Source of the DNA: Candidatus Latescibacterota bacterium
GTDB lineage: Bacteria; Latescibacterota; UBA2968; GCA-2709665
Length of the DNA: 64,000 bases
Direction: 5' to 3'
NCBI GenBank assembly: GCA_965116875.1
Contig: OZ220733.1
Coordinates: forward strand, 3,136,001 to 3,200,000
Shown: piece after piece, positions 45,801 through 54,316 of the stretch
Position numbering within the stretch: the first letter of the stretch is position 1
How the letters are laid out: each line of letters starts with the position of its first letter
The notes under the pieces: model-generated
Databases searched by the model: none
Told to the model about the DNA's origin: nothing
Seen by the model: only the letters and a program-made list of their open reading frames with translations
Position numbers and translations under genes: made by a program

Positions 45801-46756
45801 CCCTTGGGCTGGTGCGTACGGACGTCCTGGTGCTGTATGACCTGTTCTCCTTCTGTCTGGACCTGGATGCGTCGGAGAAAGACCAGCACCTCTGGACGAT
45901 GGGTGTGGCACCCGGTCGGGTCGTGTCCATACAGGTTTTCGGGGCGGATATCCGGGGAACGCGCAGCGTCGATCTGCGGGTGGGCTATGACACGACACAG
46001 GTTGTGTTCGAGGGCTTCGACGCGGGCGATGCGCTGCCGGGTGCGACGGCGCTGGTGGCAAGGGATTCGACGATCGTGGAGATCGGTGTTTCGTCTCTGG
46101 GCGGCGCTGCTCTGGTGGACAGCGGGCACGTGGGCACGGTGCGGTTCAGGACGATGGAGGGGCTTACGGAGACGGAGGTCCGGTTGGCGGGAGCGGACCT
46201 GGTACGTGGGGAGCATCCGGAGGCGATGACGCGCAGTGTGAGCGTATTGCTTCATGCTCCCGCGCCGCCATCGCCTGATTTCGATGGGAGCGGTTTGGTG
46301 GGCTTCGCCGACTTTGTGCTGTTTTCCGGTGCGTTCGGATACCGCGAGGGTGACGACGGGTACCAGTCGGGATACGACCTGACCGGGGACGGCCAGATCA
46401 CGTTTGCCGATTTCGTGGCGTTCGCCGGGCGCTTTGGAGAAAGCATGAACCGCAATCCTGTGTTTGCGCCCGATCTGCCCACAACGCTTGTCGTGGCCGC
46501 CGGAACGTCACCGGGAGAGCCGATCGGGGACCCCATCGCAGCGACTGACGAGGACGGGGATCCGCTTACGTACACCCTGTGGGGCGCCGACGCGGAGCAC
46601 TTCGACGTCGACCCCACATCCGGGCAGTTGTTGACGAAGGGCGCGTATGACGTCATCAAGAAACGCGGATATACCGTGATCGTGCGGGCACTCGACGGGA
46701 ACGGGGGCAGCGCAAACACCGTCATACCTATCCTGATCGCAGACAATTCCGGGTAA
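42824..46756 (+). CDS. Secreted protein: PPDK/PEP-synthase nucleotide-binding (ATP-grasp) domain + poly-Pro + 2 FN3 + cohesin-like + dockerin-like + cadherin
   Basis: Signal peptide (AEA-Q); GVKAANL, FAIPF, RYRSSTNNEDLPGFNGAGLYDS, MGVLVHP, NGVAVS, MEIEFK...KQARP; C-terminal modules homologous to 36590-37500. Confidence 0.87.
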   Translation: MLSTSVRTIPAVLFLSSALITVAAEAQGFFPSFRTLQEPCESGGYDPTPTEITVTAVPIVVTSTTDDYFVLYVTFDLDGTELQVPVAVTRGEAGTTTLSENLAALPADRYRVEKYLIADPADVDGDCTDDVTELDNMGSMNPVNPATIPDPNDGVVAVPDLAAFQTQGTGVYRGTVVKFVLLNLDTAHPAVYIMNTKLHRSHQPFFDAVGLAREGAITGTITYDPGLTVPGGEVDRFYYKYFPRLAGESVPRAELVHTVLAASLGFLDDNLTLHVESVLLPLIQERLPQLRASRIPLVYDSDLFGDVEFLALNTGTGYGRLRILGADERPHPRDIIALATLPNELPRVAGILTAAPQTPLSHVNLRAVQDGIPNAYAKDALDHADVISLEGSYVRYEVTERRWELRAATLQEVEDHYESSRPAGTQTPERDLSITEITPLSQIGFDDWKAFGVKAANLAVLRTLGFPEGTVRDGFAIPFYFYGEFMKQPLGEETVFGRGSAPDEEKLTLAADTMLVEAVEAILAHPRFQTDLDIQVEMLDDLRDAIKDAQAPQWIIDALTTMHTTFPAGTSLRYRSSTNNEDLPGFNGAGLYDSKTQHPDETIEDGIDKSFKQVLAGLWTFRAFSEREFHRVDHLAAAMGVLVHPNFSDELVNGVAVSFDPATSIVGRHYVNSQVGEDLVTNPEAYSVPEEIVLLPGDGLSVRAFSNLVEPGELLMSQDQMRQLRENLKVIHDHFEGLYNPAPGEPFAMEIEFKITSENILAIKQARPWVFGESASEPPPPPPPPPPPPPPPPPPPPPPPPPPPPPPPPTPPLPPVSPTVTGVFTTSVALQWKTPTGDGPLIRNYDVRYRDGGDGEWADGPQDVRGTSTTIEGLDPDTEYEVQVRSSGNSDHSAWMSLEPVRTLAPPPPPVEPAVTQTSPGSVTIGWTAPATGDGLIVTGYDVRYREGGEGEWKDGPQDVTVTSAIIEGLDPDTEFEVQVRSNSAGGDGDWLTLGLVRTDVLVLYDLFSFCLDLDASEKDQHLWTMGVAPGRVVSIQVFGADIRGTRSVDLRVGYDTTQVVFEGFDAGDALPGATALVARDSTIVEIGVSSLGGAALVDSGHVGTVRFRTMEGLTETEVRLAGADLVRGEHPEAMTRSVSVLLHAPAPPSPDFDGSGLVGFADFVLFSGAFGYREGDDGYQSGYDLTGDGQITFADFVAFAGRFGESMNRNPVFAPDLPTTLVVAAGTSPGEPIGDPIAATDEDGDPLTYTLWGADAEHFDVDPTSGQLLTKGAYDVIKKRGYTVIVRALDGNGGSANTVIPILIADNSG

Positions 46757-46844
46757 CACAGACGCATATGCGATCCTGCACTGCGTTCTTTCTCAGCGGG
46801 TCGCCCTCAACCCGTGAGTGTGATCCGGATTCCGGCACTTCCGG

Positions 46845-48593
46845 TCACAGATCGACCTTGATCTCCTCTTCGAAGGCAGTGATCGACTCCCACCGCTGAA
46901 CGACGCCGTCTCCGTCGTTTTCGAAAACAGCCAGTTCCTGGGTAACGCCCGCCTTTCCATCCAGGCTGAGACGTGCAGACCTGCCGTCGGGCGTGGACGC
47001 GGCCGCGATCCACGATTCGTCCCGGGAGCGGGTGTACTCCGCGGCTTCGTCGTGGCCCACGCCCCGGATATCGAATCGTTCCGTCCGCTGCGCCACCAGC
47101 GACAGCCACCGGTCGATCTCCTTGAGCGAAAGCACACCGAACTTCTGCTCGTGGGTCGTGATCTCCGAGAAGAACCCGCTGTCCAGCGCCAGGCGGACCG
47201 AGCCGGCCGCCCGTTCCGCGGCCTTGTCCATATCGTTGGTCGGATTGTCCCCGGCCCACGTCGTGCAGCCCGTGAGCACGTCGGGCTCCACGAGATGGCG
47301 GGGAAGCATGGCGCCGATGTTGTACATCTCCGGGTCTTCGGGGATATAGTCGTAGAACAGGCTGTTGAGACCGTAGGGCCACCAGTTGGGGAACAGCCGC
47401 TCCCACTTCACCTGCCCCAGATGGTAGGTTGAATAGACGAACGTCCGCCCCCGGTCCTTCAGAAAGGGCAGAACGCGCACGCCAACCTCGCCCCAGTGAA
47501 ACGCGGCGCGGCGGGGCGGCTTCAGGCCCCGTTCGTCGTACCATTGGTCCACCCGCTCGAAGATCTCCTTCAACTGAGCCTCGCTGTACTCCCCGATGCC
47601 GAAATCGAACGGTATCAGCTTGTAGTAGTCGAATGCGTGCGCGTCCCAGTCCACCTGTCCCGCCCTGTAACGCTCGCGCATGAACGGTACGACTTCGTCC
47701 GGAACGAGATCCAGGAAGCAGGAGACCATCGGGCGGTAACCGTGCCGGTTCATCACCTCCGTATAGCGGAAATCGTGGCGTCCCCTGCCGTCGTCCACCC
47801 GGATGGTCACGTAGGGCGGCATCATCTGCGCGACGAACGGCTTTCGCGCCGCCCAGACGATGGCGCGCCAGAAGAAGGCGTCCAGCCCCATCGCGTGGCC
47901 CAGGAACTCCTGGTGCCAGACGCGGGGCGAACAGGCAAACTGCACGGCGCGGCCGCTGCCGCAGACCCCGGCCAGCACGGCCGGAAACTGGTCCGGCTCG
48001 TAGGCCGTGCCCGGCACGTTGTGGCGGGAGAAAATGAGCTGGTCCTTGCCCATCGCCGCCTGCGCCAGTTCCACAACGTGCCGCCCCACTCCCCTGATCT
48101 GCGCAATGGTCACGGGTCGCTTCAGCCGGACCATACTACCCGCCTGCTGCGTCCAGTTGATGAAGTGGTCGCTGCTTCCGATGCGGAACAGGTCCGATGC
48201 CATTGGAATCCGGTCGACCTCCAGTCCCAACAGCCGAAGCAGCGGCGGCTTGTACAGCCGCAGTTCACCGTCGAAATTGACCAGGCCCATCCCGGCCTCT
48301 TCCACACCCGCGGCGAGCAGTTCCGTCTCTTCGTACGATAGGGATTCGCCCAGGCGCGCCTGTGCGACAACGACCGCGGCGCAGCCGTCGAGCAGTTCGG
48401 CGGTCAGCGGTCCGGCCGCAAGATCGTGGATCCTGAAAGGAAACCCGAAATGCTGCAAGGCCACCAGTACGGTCTGATCCACGATGCTCGTATCCGTATA
48501 GCTGCCCCGGCTGTCCGCCAGTACCAACAGGGCCCGGTTGCCGGTGCTCTCGCGCCGGGGGCGCTGCACCATTTGTCGCGGTGAGAATCGCAT
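46845..48593 (-). CDS. Hypothetical protein, possibly with a NodB/deacetylase-like barrel
   Basis: Long ORF with genome-typical codon usage. VTIRVDDG and DAHAFD only weakly suggest the polysaccharide deacetylase superfamily. Confidence 0.65.
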   Translation of the reverse strand: MRFSPRQMVQRPRRESTGNRALLVLADSRGSYTDTSIVDQTVLVALQHFGFPFRIHDLAAGPLTAELLDGCAAVVVAQARLGESLSYEETELLAAGVEEAGMGLVNFDGELRLYKPPLLRLLGLEVDRIPMASDLFRIGSSDHFINWTQQAGSMVRLKRPVTIAQIRGVGRHVVELAQAAMGKDQLIFSRHNVPGTAYEPDQFPAVLAGVCGSGRAVQFACSPRVWHQEFLGHAMGLDAFFWRAIVWAARKPFVAQMMPPYVTIRVDDGRGRHDFRYTEVMNRHGYRPMVSCFLDLVPDEVVPFMRERYRAGQVDWDAHAFDYYKLIPFDFGIGEYSEAQLKEIFERVDQWYDERGLKPPRRAAFHWGEVGVRVLPFLKDRGRTFVYSTYHLGQVKWERLFPNWWPYGLNSLFYDYIPEDPEMYNIGAMLPRHLVEPDVLTGCTTWAGDNPTNDMDKAAERAAGSVRLALDSGFFSEITTHEQKFGVLSLKEIDRWLSLVAQRTERFDIRGVGHDEAAEYTRSRDESWIAAASTPDGRSARLSLDGKAGVTQELAVFENDGDGVVQRWESITAFEEEIKVDL

Positions 48594-48711
48594 CAGTGGT
48601 GTTTCCCTGGTTAACAGTTTCGGCGAAGGCGTGGATTCAGCGATTCGACACTGGATGACGAAATCGGCGAACACTTGACGGACACATATCGCCAGCGGTT
48701 ATCGCAAAGCA

Positions 48712-48838
48712 TGTCATTCAGAGCGGAGCGAAGAATCTCCCGTCGCTATTGTACGTGTCGCATATGGTCTTCGTAGACGAACCGGTGCGCGGAGACAACA
48801 TTGGCATTGACGCGGGCAGACAGGAATGTTCGCCCCAC
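48712..48838. repeat. REP-like elements
   Basis: TGTCATTCAGAGCGGAGCGAAGAATCT, plus a reverse copy GGCAGACAGGAATGTTCGCCCCAC (48815-48838). Confidence 0.7.
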
Positions 48839-48912
48839 CCTCAAACCGGCTTATTCCGCGTCCGGCACAGTTCATCCCCTCAATCAAAAAATACGCTCGC
48901 GACTTGCCTGCG

Positions 48913-49548
48913 TCAATCTGATTTCAAACTCAGAACCCGGTTGATATCCGTTTCCGAGACACGCCCGGGACGGAGGATTCGTGGTTGCGGGACGGAGACG
49001 TCGACGAGGGTGGAGGGGCGTGAATCGGGCGCCGTGCCGCCGTCCAGGATCAGATCGACGTCGCCGCCAAGGGTGTCGAGGGCTTCCCGGGCGCTTCGGG
49101 CGGGGGGCCGGCCCGAGCGGTTGGCGCTGGTGCTGGTCAGGGGGCCGCCGGCATGCCGCAGTAATGAGCTGGCGACGGGCGCATCGGACATGCGGAGGGC
49201 GATTGTGGACCTGGACCCAAGCAGGTGATCCGGCAGCCTGGGCGACGCGGGAAACACGAGGGTGAGCGGCCCCGGCCAGAATGCGTCCATAAGGTCTTCA
49301 GCGGCACGCGGAATGTCCGCGACGAGCGCGTCCAGGTCCCGTCTGCCGCGAATGAGCAGGATCAGGCCCTTTTCCGCTTCCCGACCCTTAAGGCTGAAGA
49401 TGCGCTCGAAAGCAACGGGATTGAATGGATCGGCGCCCAGGCCGTACACGGTTTCGGTTGGATAGACGACGACGCCGCCTGAACGGATGCGATCGGCAGT
49501 CCGGACGATTCCCGGATCGTCGGCCGTCAGGACGGGCGCCCGTTGCAT
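48913..49548 (-). CDS. tsaC: L-threonylcarbamoyladenylate synthase (TsaC/YrdC)
   Basis: YPTETVYGL, KGR, FWPGPLT, STSANRSG, PSTLVD, LRPG. Confidence 0.93.
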   Translation of the reverse strand: MQRAPVLTADDPGIVRTADRIRSGGVVVYPTETVYGLGADPFNPVAFERIFSLKGREAEKGLILLIRGRRDLDALVADIPRAAEDLMDAFWPGPLTLVFPASPRLPDHLLGSRSTIALRMSDAPVASSLLRHAGGPLTSTSANRSGRPPARSAREALDTLGGDVDLILDGGTAPDSRPSTLVDVSVPQPRILRPGRVSETDINRVLSLKSD

Positions 49549-49550
49549 CG

Positions 49551-52500
49551 TCAGAAACGGCTTCCCGGCCGGAATCGCGCCGTAGGCGGTGTCTGTTCGA
49601 AGGCGTTGGTGAAGGCGATAAAATCTCCGAATCCGACCGTTCCGTCGCCGTCGAGGTCATAGCGCATATCGGTGGAACCGTATGCCCGCGCGAAGAGGAG
49701 GAAGTCGGCAAAGTCAACCGCGCCGTCGCCGTTGAAATCGGCCCGGCCATCTGTAGGCGGAGGCGGTGGGGGTGGAGGTGGAGGCGGGACCGGCGGGGAC
49801 TCGCGTTGATATTCCGGGGGGAAGTCTACGGTGAGTTGAAGGATGCTGTTGTTGTTCGTGTCGGCAACGTAGACCCTGCCCTCCGGATCCTTGGCGAGGC
49901 CCGACGGCGAATTCAGCGTCGTCTCGGTACCGGCGCCTTCGGCCTGGTTGAATCCCGGAAATCCCGTACCGGCCACGGTCTGTATGATGCCCAGGGTCAG
50001 GTCCAGCACCCGTATCCGATGGTTGCCGGTGTCCGCGATGTAGAGGTATCCGTTGTTGTCCACCGCCACGTCAACCGGGCCGTTCAGCAGGGCCGTTTTG
50101 CCGGGTCCGCCGTCGCCGGAAAAGCCGGCGTCTCCGGTACCGGCCACCGTGGAGATAAGGCCCTCGGCGTCCACCATCCGGATGCGATGGTTGCCCGTAT
50201 CGGCGATGAACAGGCGCCCCCGGCTGTCCGCGGCAACGCCCTCGGGCCCGTTCAGCGCCGCCATCGTAGCGGGTTCTCCATCGCCCGCGTAACCCTCCTG
50301 AAAGCTGCCGGCAGCGGTGGAGATGATGCCGCCGGCGTCCACCTTGCGGACCCTGTGATTGAAGCGTTCCGCAATCCAGACGTTTCCCTGCGGGTCCGCC
50401 GCTACACCCACGGGACCAGACAGATTCGCATCCGCCGCCGCGCGCCCGTCGCCTCCGTAACCCGGGATGTCCCTGCCGGCGAAGGCGAGGATGTCCTCGC
50501 TTGAAAGGTCGATCCGGCGCACGATATGACCGCTCACTTCACCAACGATCAGATCGCCGTCCGGAATGAGCGCGAGGCCCCGGGGATCACCGAGACTGGC
50601 TTCTGTTGCCGGTCCCCCCGTGCCGATGGAAATCCCGATTCCATCTCCTGCGATCGTGTTGATCGAGCCATCCGCGTCGACCCGTCGCACCCGGTTGTTG
50701 CCCGAATCGGCGATGTAGAGGACGCCGTCTGCTGCGACCGCGACGCCCCTCGGGGTGTTCAGGAACGCCTGGTCGGCGTTGCCGCCGTCACCCCCGAAGC
50801 TGCTCTGGCTCCCGCCGATTCCGGCGAGGGTGCGTATGGACGTGTGGTCCGGCCCGATGGGCGGCAGCAGGCTGATCGTGATCCGTCCGGGGGGAAGGCG
50901 CTGGAACCGCGCGACTGCGGATACGTCGCCGGGCGTTGTACCGGCCTGAAAGAGGATGGATGCCATCCCGTCCCTCACCACCGCCGTATCGCTCCCGACG
51001 AAGGCGCCGTCACCGGATGAAACGCTGAAGATCAGGGGACGGTTGCCGATGAGCGTGACTTCGTCCCTGGCGTCCAGGATGCGGGCGCGGATTCGCGTTT
51101 GCGCCTCGCCGTTGGCCGCCAGGACGGGCACAGCGGCATCCAGCGCGACGCGTTCGGGCGGGGGTGGGGCCGTTTCGGTGACTTCAAGGACGGTGTTCAC
51201 GGCGATGTTCCTGAGGCGCTGTGCGATACCCGACGGCCATCGAACGGTCAGGGTATCCACCCGGTCGGCGTCGCCCAGGCCGAAGACTGCCGTCAGGGCG
51301 TCCTGGGAAAGATAGGACGCGCCGCCCGTGATCTCCCGGGTCGCGGCGTTGCCATCGAAGGCGATTTCGAATCGCGTGCCGATGGCATCCGGGCTGCTCC
51401 TCGTGGCGCGCGGGCGAATGGCCAGCCAGTTTCCATTGAACTCCCGGTTCCGGTAAAGATGGTCGGCGCCGTCCTGAACGACCACGAAGATGTCCAGCCC
51501 GCCGTCCCCGTTGAAGTCCGCCAGGGCCACGCCGCGGCTGTTGGCGCCGCCCGCCACGCGGAAGGAATCAGCCATGTCCGTGAAGGTCCCGCCTTCGTTC
51601 CGGTAGAGATTGTTCTTCCCGCCGGCATTGGAGACGAAGAGGTCCAGATCTCCGTCGCTGTCGAAATCACCCCAGACTGCGCCCCTGCTGTCCACGGTGT
51701 CCGGTCCCGCCACGTCGAAACTGCTGCTGGACTCCTCGAAACGGCCATTGGTATTGACATAGAGGCGGTTGCCTTCGCCGAAGTACGTCACGTACAGATC
51801 CAGGTCCCTGTCGTTGTCGAAATCGCCCCAGGCCGCGCCGAAGCTGGGACCGCCCAGTCCGAGTTCCTCCAGGCCCGCGTCCGACGATGCGTCCGCAAAG
51901 CTGCCGCCGTCGTTTCTGAAGAGTCGATTCGGCCCGCTGTTGGCAAGGAAGAGATCCGGGTCGCCGTCGCCGTCGTAGTCCGCCCACGCCGGCTGCAGGC
52001 TGCTGTTGTCGTCGTCCAGACCGGCATCCGCGGCGGCTTCGACAAAGCGTCCCCCTTCATTCCGGTAGTACCGGTTTTCGCCGAAGTTGGCCACGTAGAG
52101 GTCGGGGTCTCCGTCTCCTTCCACGTCCGCCCATGCGGCGCCGTATCCGTCTCCGGCGTCGTCCACTCCGGCTTGTGCGGCGATTTCGGAGAATCGGCTG
52201 CCATCGTTGCGGTAGAGCCGGTTGGGCTGTCCGAAATTCGTGACGTACAGGTCCAGGTCGCCGTCGCCGTCAACGTCCGCCCAGGCGGCCGCGCTGCCGT
52301 CGCCGTCGTCCGCCACGCCAACCACGGAGGCCACCTCCGTAAAGCCGTCGCCGTCGTTCCGGTAGAGCAGGTTGGACTGCAGACTGCGCACCACGTAGAG
52401 ATCGGGATCTCCGTCTCCGTCGTAATCCGCCCAGGCCGCGCCGAAACCGGCGCCCTCATCGGCCATGCCGCCGACATTCGCCACGTCGAGAAAACCGCCC

Positions 52501-54275
52501 GGCCTGGACTCCCTGCCGAATCCCCGGAGGGGTATTTTCAGCTCCGGGTCGTTCGGATCGTTGCTGTACAGGGTGAGTTCCGCCCGCTGCATCCCTGTGT
52601 TGACCGGACGGAAAACGACGTCCAGGCTCTGTCTCAGGCTCGACGGGATGCGCAGGGTATCGTCCAGACTGACGGAGAATTGTACCGGGTCCGTCAGTTC
52701 GGCGCGGAAGACGGTCAGAACGCCCGCGCCGAGGTTTGCAACCCGCAGGACGGTTGACTGCTCGCGGCCCACGTACGTACGATCGAATTCGATGCTTTCC
52801 GGGAACACACCGATGTCCGGCGCCGCGCCCGTTCCCGAGAGAGGTACGGTGAGCTCGGGACGCCATGGATCGTCGGTAATGACCGTGAGCGTTCCCTGCA
52901 CGACGCCTTCGTCCAATGGGCTGAACCGCACCTGAATCTCAATCTCCCCGGACGGATCGATTTCGATTGGAAACGCGTTCAGGAGGACGAACTCCTGCCG
53001 GTCGGTCGAAGCGCCGGACAGCGTGAGGGTGCGCCTCCCCACGTTTCCGACCGTAAACGTGCGCGTCACCTGGTCTTCCACGACGACCGCACCGAAGTCG
53101 ACTCGGGCGGCAGTCAGACGGAGAACGGGCGACTGAAAGGCGGGATCGAGGAGTTTTCGGATACGGCTGTTGCCCGTATCCACGACGATCAGGTCACCGT
53201 CGGGGTCCAGAACCACGCGAGAGGGCCCGCGGAGTTCGGCCAGCGGCGCCGGTCCGCCGTCGCCGGCGGACCCGAAATCGCCTGTGCCCGCCAGGGTGAA
53301 GATGTTCCCTGTTCCTGGGTCCACGGCCCGGACGCGGTTATTGCCGGTATCCGAGATATAGAGGGTTCCGTCCGCGCCCACGGCCACGCCGCCGGGCAGA
53401 TCGAGCCGCGCGTCGGTGGCCGGGCCGCCGTCGCCAGAGAATGCGCCGCCGCCGCCGAAAATGGGTCCGCGGCCGGCCACGGTGCTGATAATGCCTGTCT
53501 GACCGTCGATACGCCTGATGCGATAATTGTTGAAGTCCGCGATGAAGATATTTCCCGACGCGTCCACCGCAACGCCTTCTACCGTCAGTCCCGCTTCCAC
53601 CGCCGGGCCGTCGTCGCCGCCGAATGAGAAATCACCGTCGCCCGCAAGGGTGGCAATCACGCCGGTATCGAGGTCGATCCTCCGCACCCGGTTGTTGCCC
53701 CGGGCCTGTCCGTCCAGCCCGTCTGCAACATAGAGTCCGCCGCGGGGGCCCATCGCCAGGGCGACGATTTCACCGAGTACGGCGGAGACGGCCGGGCCTC
53801 CGTCGCCGTCGAAACCAAACTCGCCGCTGCCCGCGATTGTGGTGATGATCCCCGTGACGGCGTCGATGCGCCGGATGCGCCGGTTGCCCGTATCGCCGAT
53901 GTACACGTTGCCGGCCCCGTCAACCGCGACGCCCTGGGGCCTGTCCAGCTCCGCTTCGGTGGCGGGTCCGCCGTCGCCGGAGAATCCGGCTTCTCCGGTA
54001 CCGGCCAGGGTCGTGATTCGCCCGGTGACCGCATCCACCCTGCGGATGCGGTGCGTGCCGGTATCGGCGATATAGACGTGACCATCGGCGTCGGCAGCAG
54101 CGCCCAGGGGGACGCTCAGGGCAAGGTCCGTCGCGGGGATATTCTCGCCTTCCCGGTCGCCGCCGCCGGCAATGGTAATCAGCGAACCGCGATTCTGGGC
54201 GAATGACGCGTCGGCCAGGGCGAGCAGGAAACAAAGGACGAACGGTATTCTGCAGTTTTTTCGTATGATGCGCAT
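49551..54275 (-). CDS. Secreted NHL-repeat + Ig (ASPM/Hydin-like) + FG-GAP/CRTAC1 + ASPIC/UnbV + NHL + poly-Pro + dockerin-like protein
   Basis: Signal peptide (SFA-Q); repeated YIADTGNHRIRRVD...AGTG.AGFSGDGGPA; AWADYDGDGDPDLYV.N repeats; VFGLG...VRWPSG; C-terminal DFNGDG...DLDGDG. Start could be 54284. Confidence 0.9.
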   Translation of the reverse strand: MRIIRKNCRIPFVLCFLLALADASFAQNRGSLITIAGGGDREGENIPATDLALSVPLGAAADADGHVYIADTGTHRIRRVDAVTGRITTLAGTGEAGFSGDGGPATEAELDRPQGVAVDGAGNVYIGDTGNRRIRRIDAVTGIITTIAGSGEFGFDGDGGPAVSAVLGEIVALAMGPRGGLYVADGLDGQARGNNRVRRIDLDTGVIATLAGDGDFSFGGDDGPAVEAGLTVEGVAVDASGNIFIADFNNYRIRRIDGQTGIISTVAGRGPIFGGGGAFSGDGGPATDARLDLPGGVAVGADGTLYISDTGNNRVRAVDPGTGNIFTLAGTGDFGSAGDGGPAPLAELRGPSRVVLDPDGDLIVVDTGNSRIRKLLDPAFQSPVLRLTAARVDFGAVVVEDQVTRTFTVGNVGRRTLTLSGASTDRQEFVLLNAFPIEIDPSGEIEIQVRFSPLDEGVVQGTLTVITDDPWRPELTVPLSGTGAAPDIGVFPESIEFDRTYVGREQSTVLRVANLGAGVLTVFRAELTDPVQFSVSLDDTLRIPSSLRQSLDVVFRPVNTGMQRAELTLYSNDPNDPELKIPLRGFGRESRPGGFLDVANVGGMADEGAGFGAAWADYDGDGDPDLYVVRSLQSNLLYRNDGDGFTEVASVVGVADDGDGSAAAWADVDGDGDLDLYVTNFGQPNRLYRNDGSRFSEIAAQAGVDDAGDGYGAAWADVEGDGDPDLYVANFGENRYYRNEGGRFVEAAADAGLDDDNSSLQPAWADYDGDGDPDLFLANSGPNRLFRNDGGSFADASSDAGLEELGLGGPSFGAAWGDFDNDRDLDLYVTYFGEGNRLYVNTNGRFEESSSSFDVAGPDTVDSRGAVWGDFDSDGDLDLFVSNAGGKNNLYRNEGGTFTDMADSFRVAGGANSRGVALADFNGDGGLDIFVVVQDGADHLYRNREFNGNWLAIRPRATRSSPDAIGTRFEIAFDGNAATREITGGASYLSQDALTAVFGLGDADRVDTLTVRWPSGIAQRLRNIAVNTVLEVTETAPPPPERVALDAAVPVLAANGEAQTRIRARILDARDEVTLIGNRPLIFSVSSGDGAFVGSDTAVVRDGMASILFQAGTTPGDVSAVARFQRLPPGRITISLLPPIGPDHTSIRTLAGIGGSQSSFGGDGGNADQAFLNTPRGVAVAADGVLYIADSGNNRVRRVDADGSINTIAGDGIGISIGTGGPATEASLGDPRGLALIPDGDLIVGEVSGHIVRRIDLSSEDILAFAGRDIPGYGGDGRAAADANLSGPVGVAADPQGNVWIAERFNHRVRKVDAGGIISTAAGSFQEGYAGDGEPATMAALNGPEGVAADSRGRLFIADTGNHRIRMVDAEGLISTVAGTGDAGFSGDGGPGKTALLNGPVDVAVDNNGYLYIADTGNHRIRVLDLTLGIIQTVAGTGFPGFNQAEGAGTETTLNSPSGLAKDPEGRVYVADTNNNSILQLTVDFPPEYQRESPPVPPPPPPPPPPPTDGRADFNGDGAVDFADFLLFARAYGSTDMRYDLDGDGTVGFGDFIAFTNAFEQTPPTARFRPGSRF

Positions 54276-54316
54276 AGACTGCATTCGGGCGACAACCCGC
54301 TGTATGGCCGCCGGGC

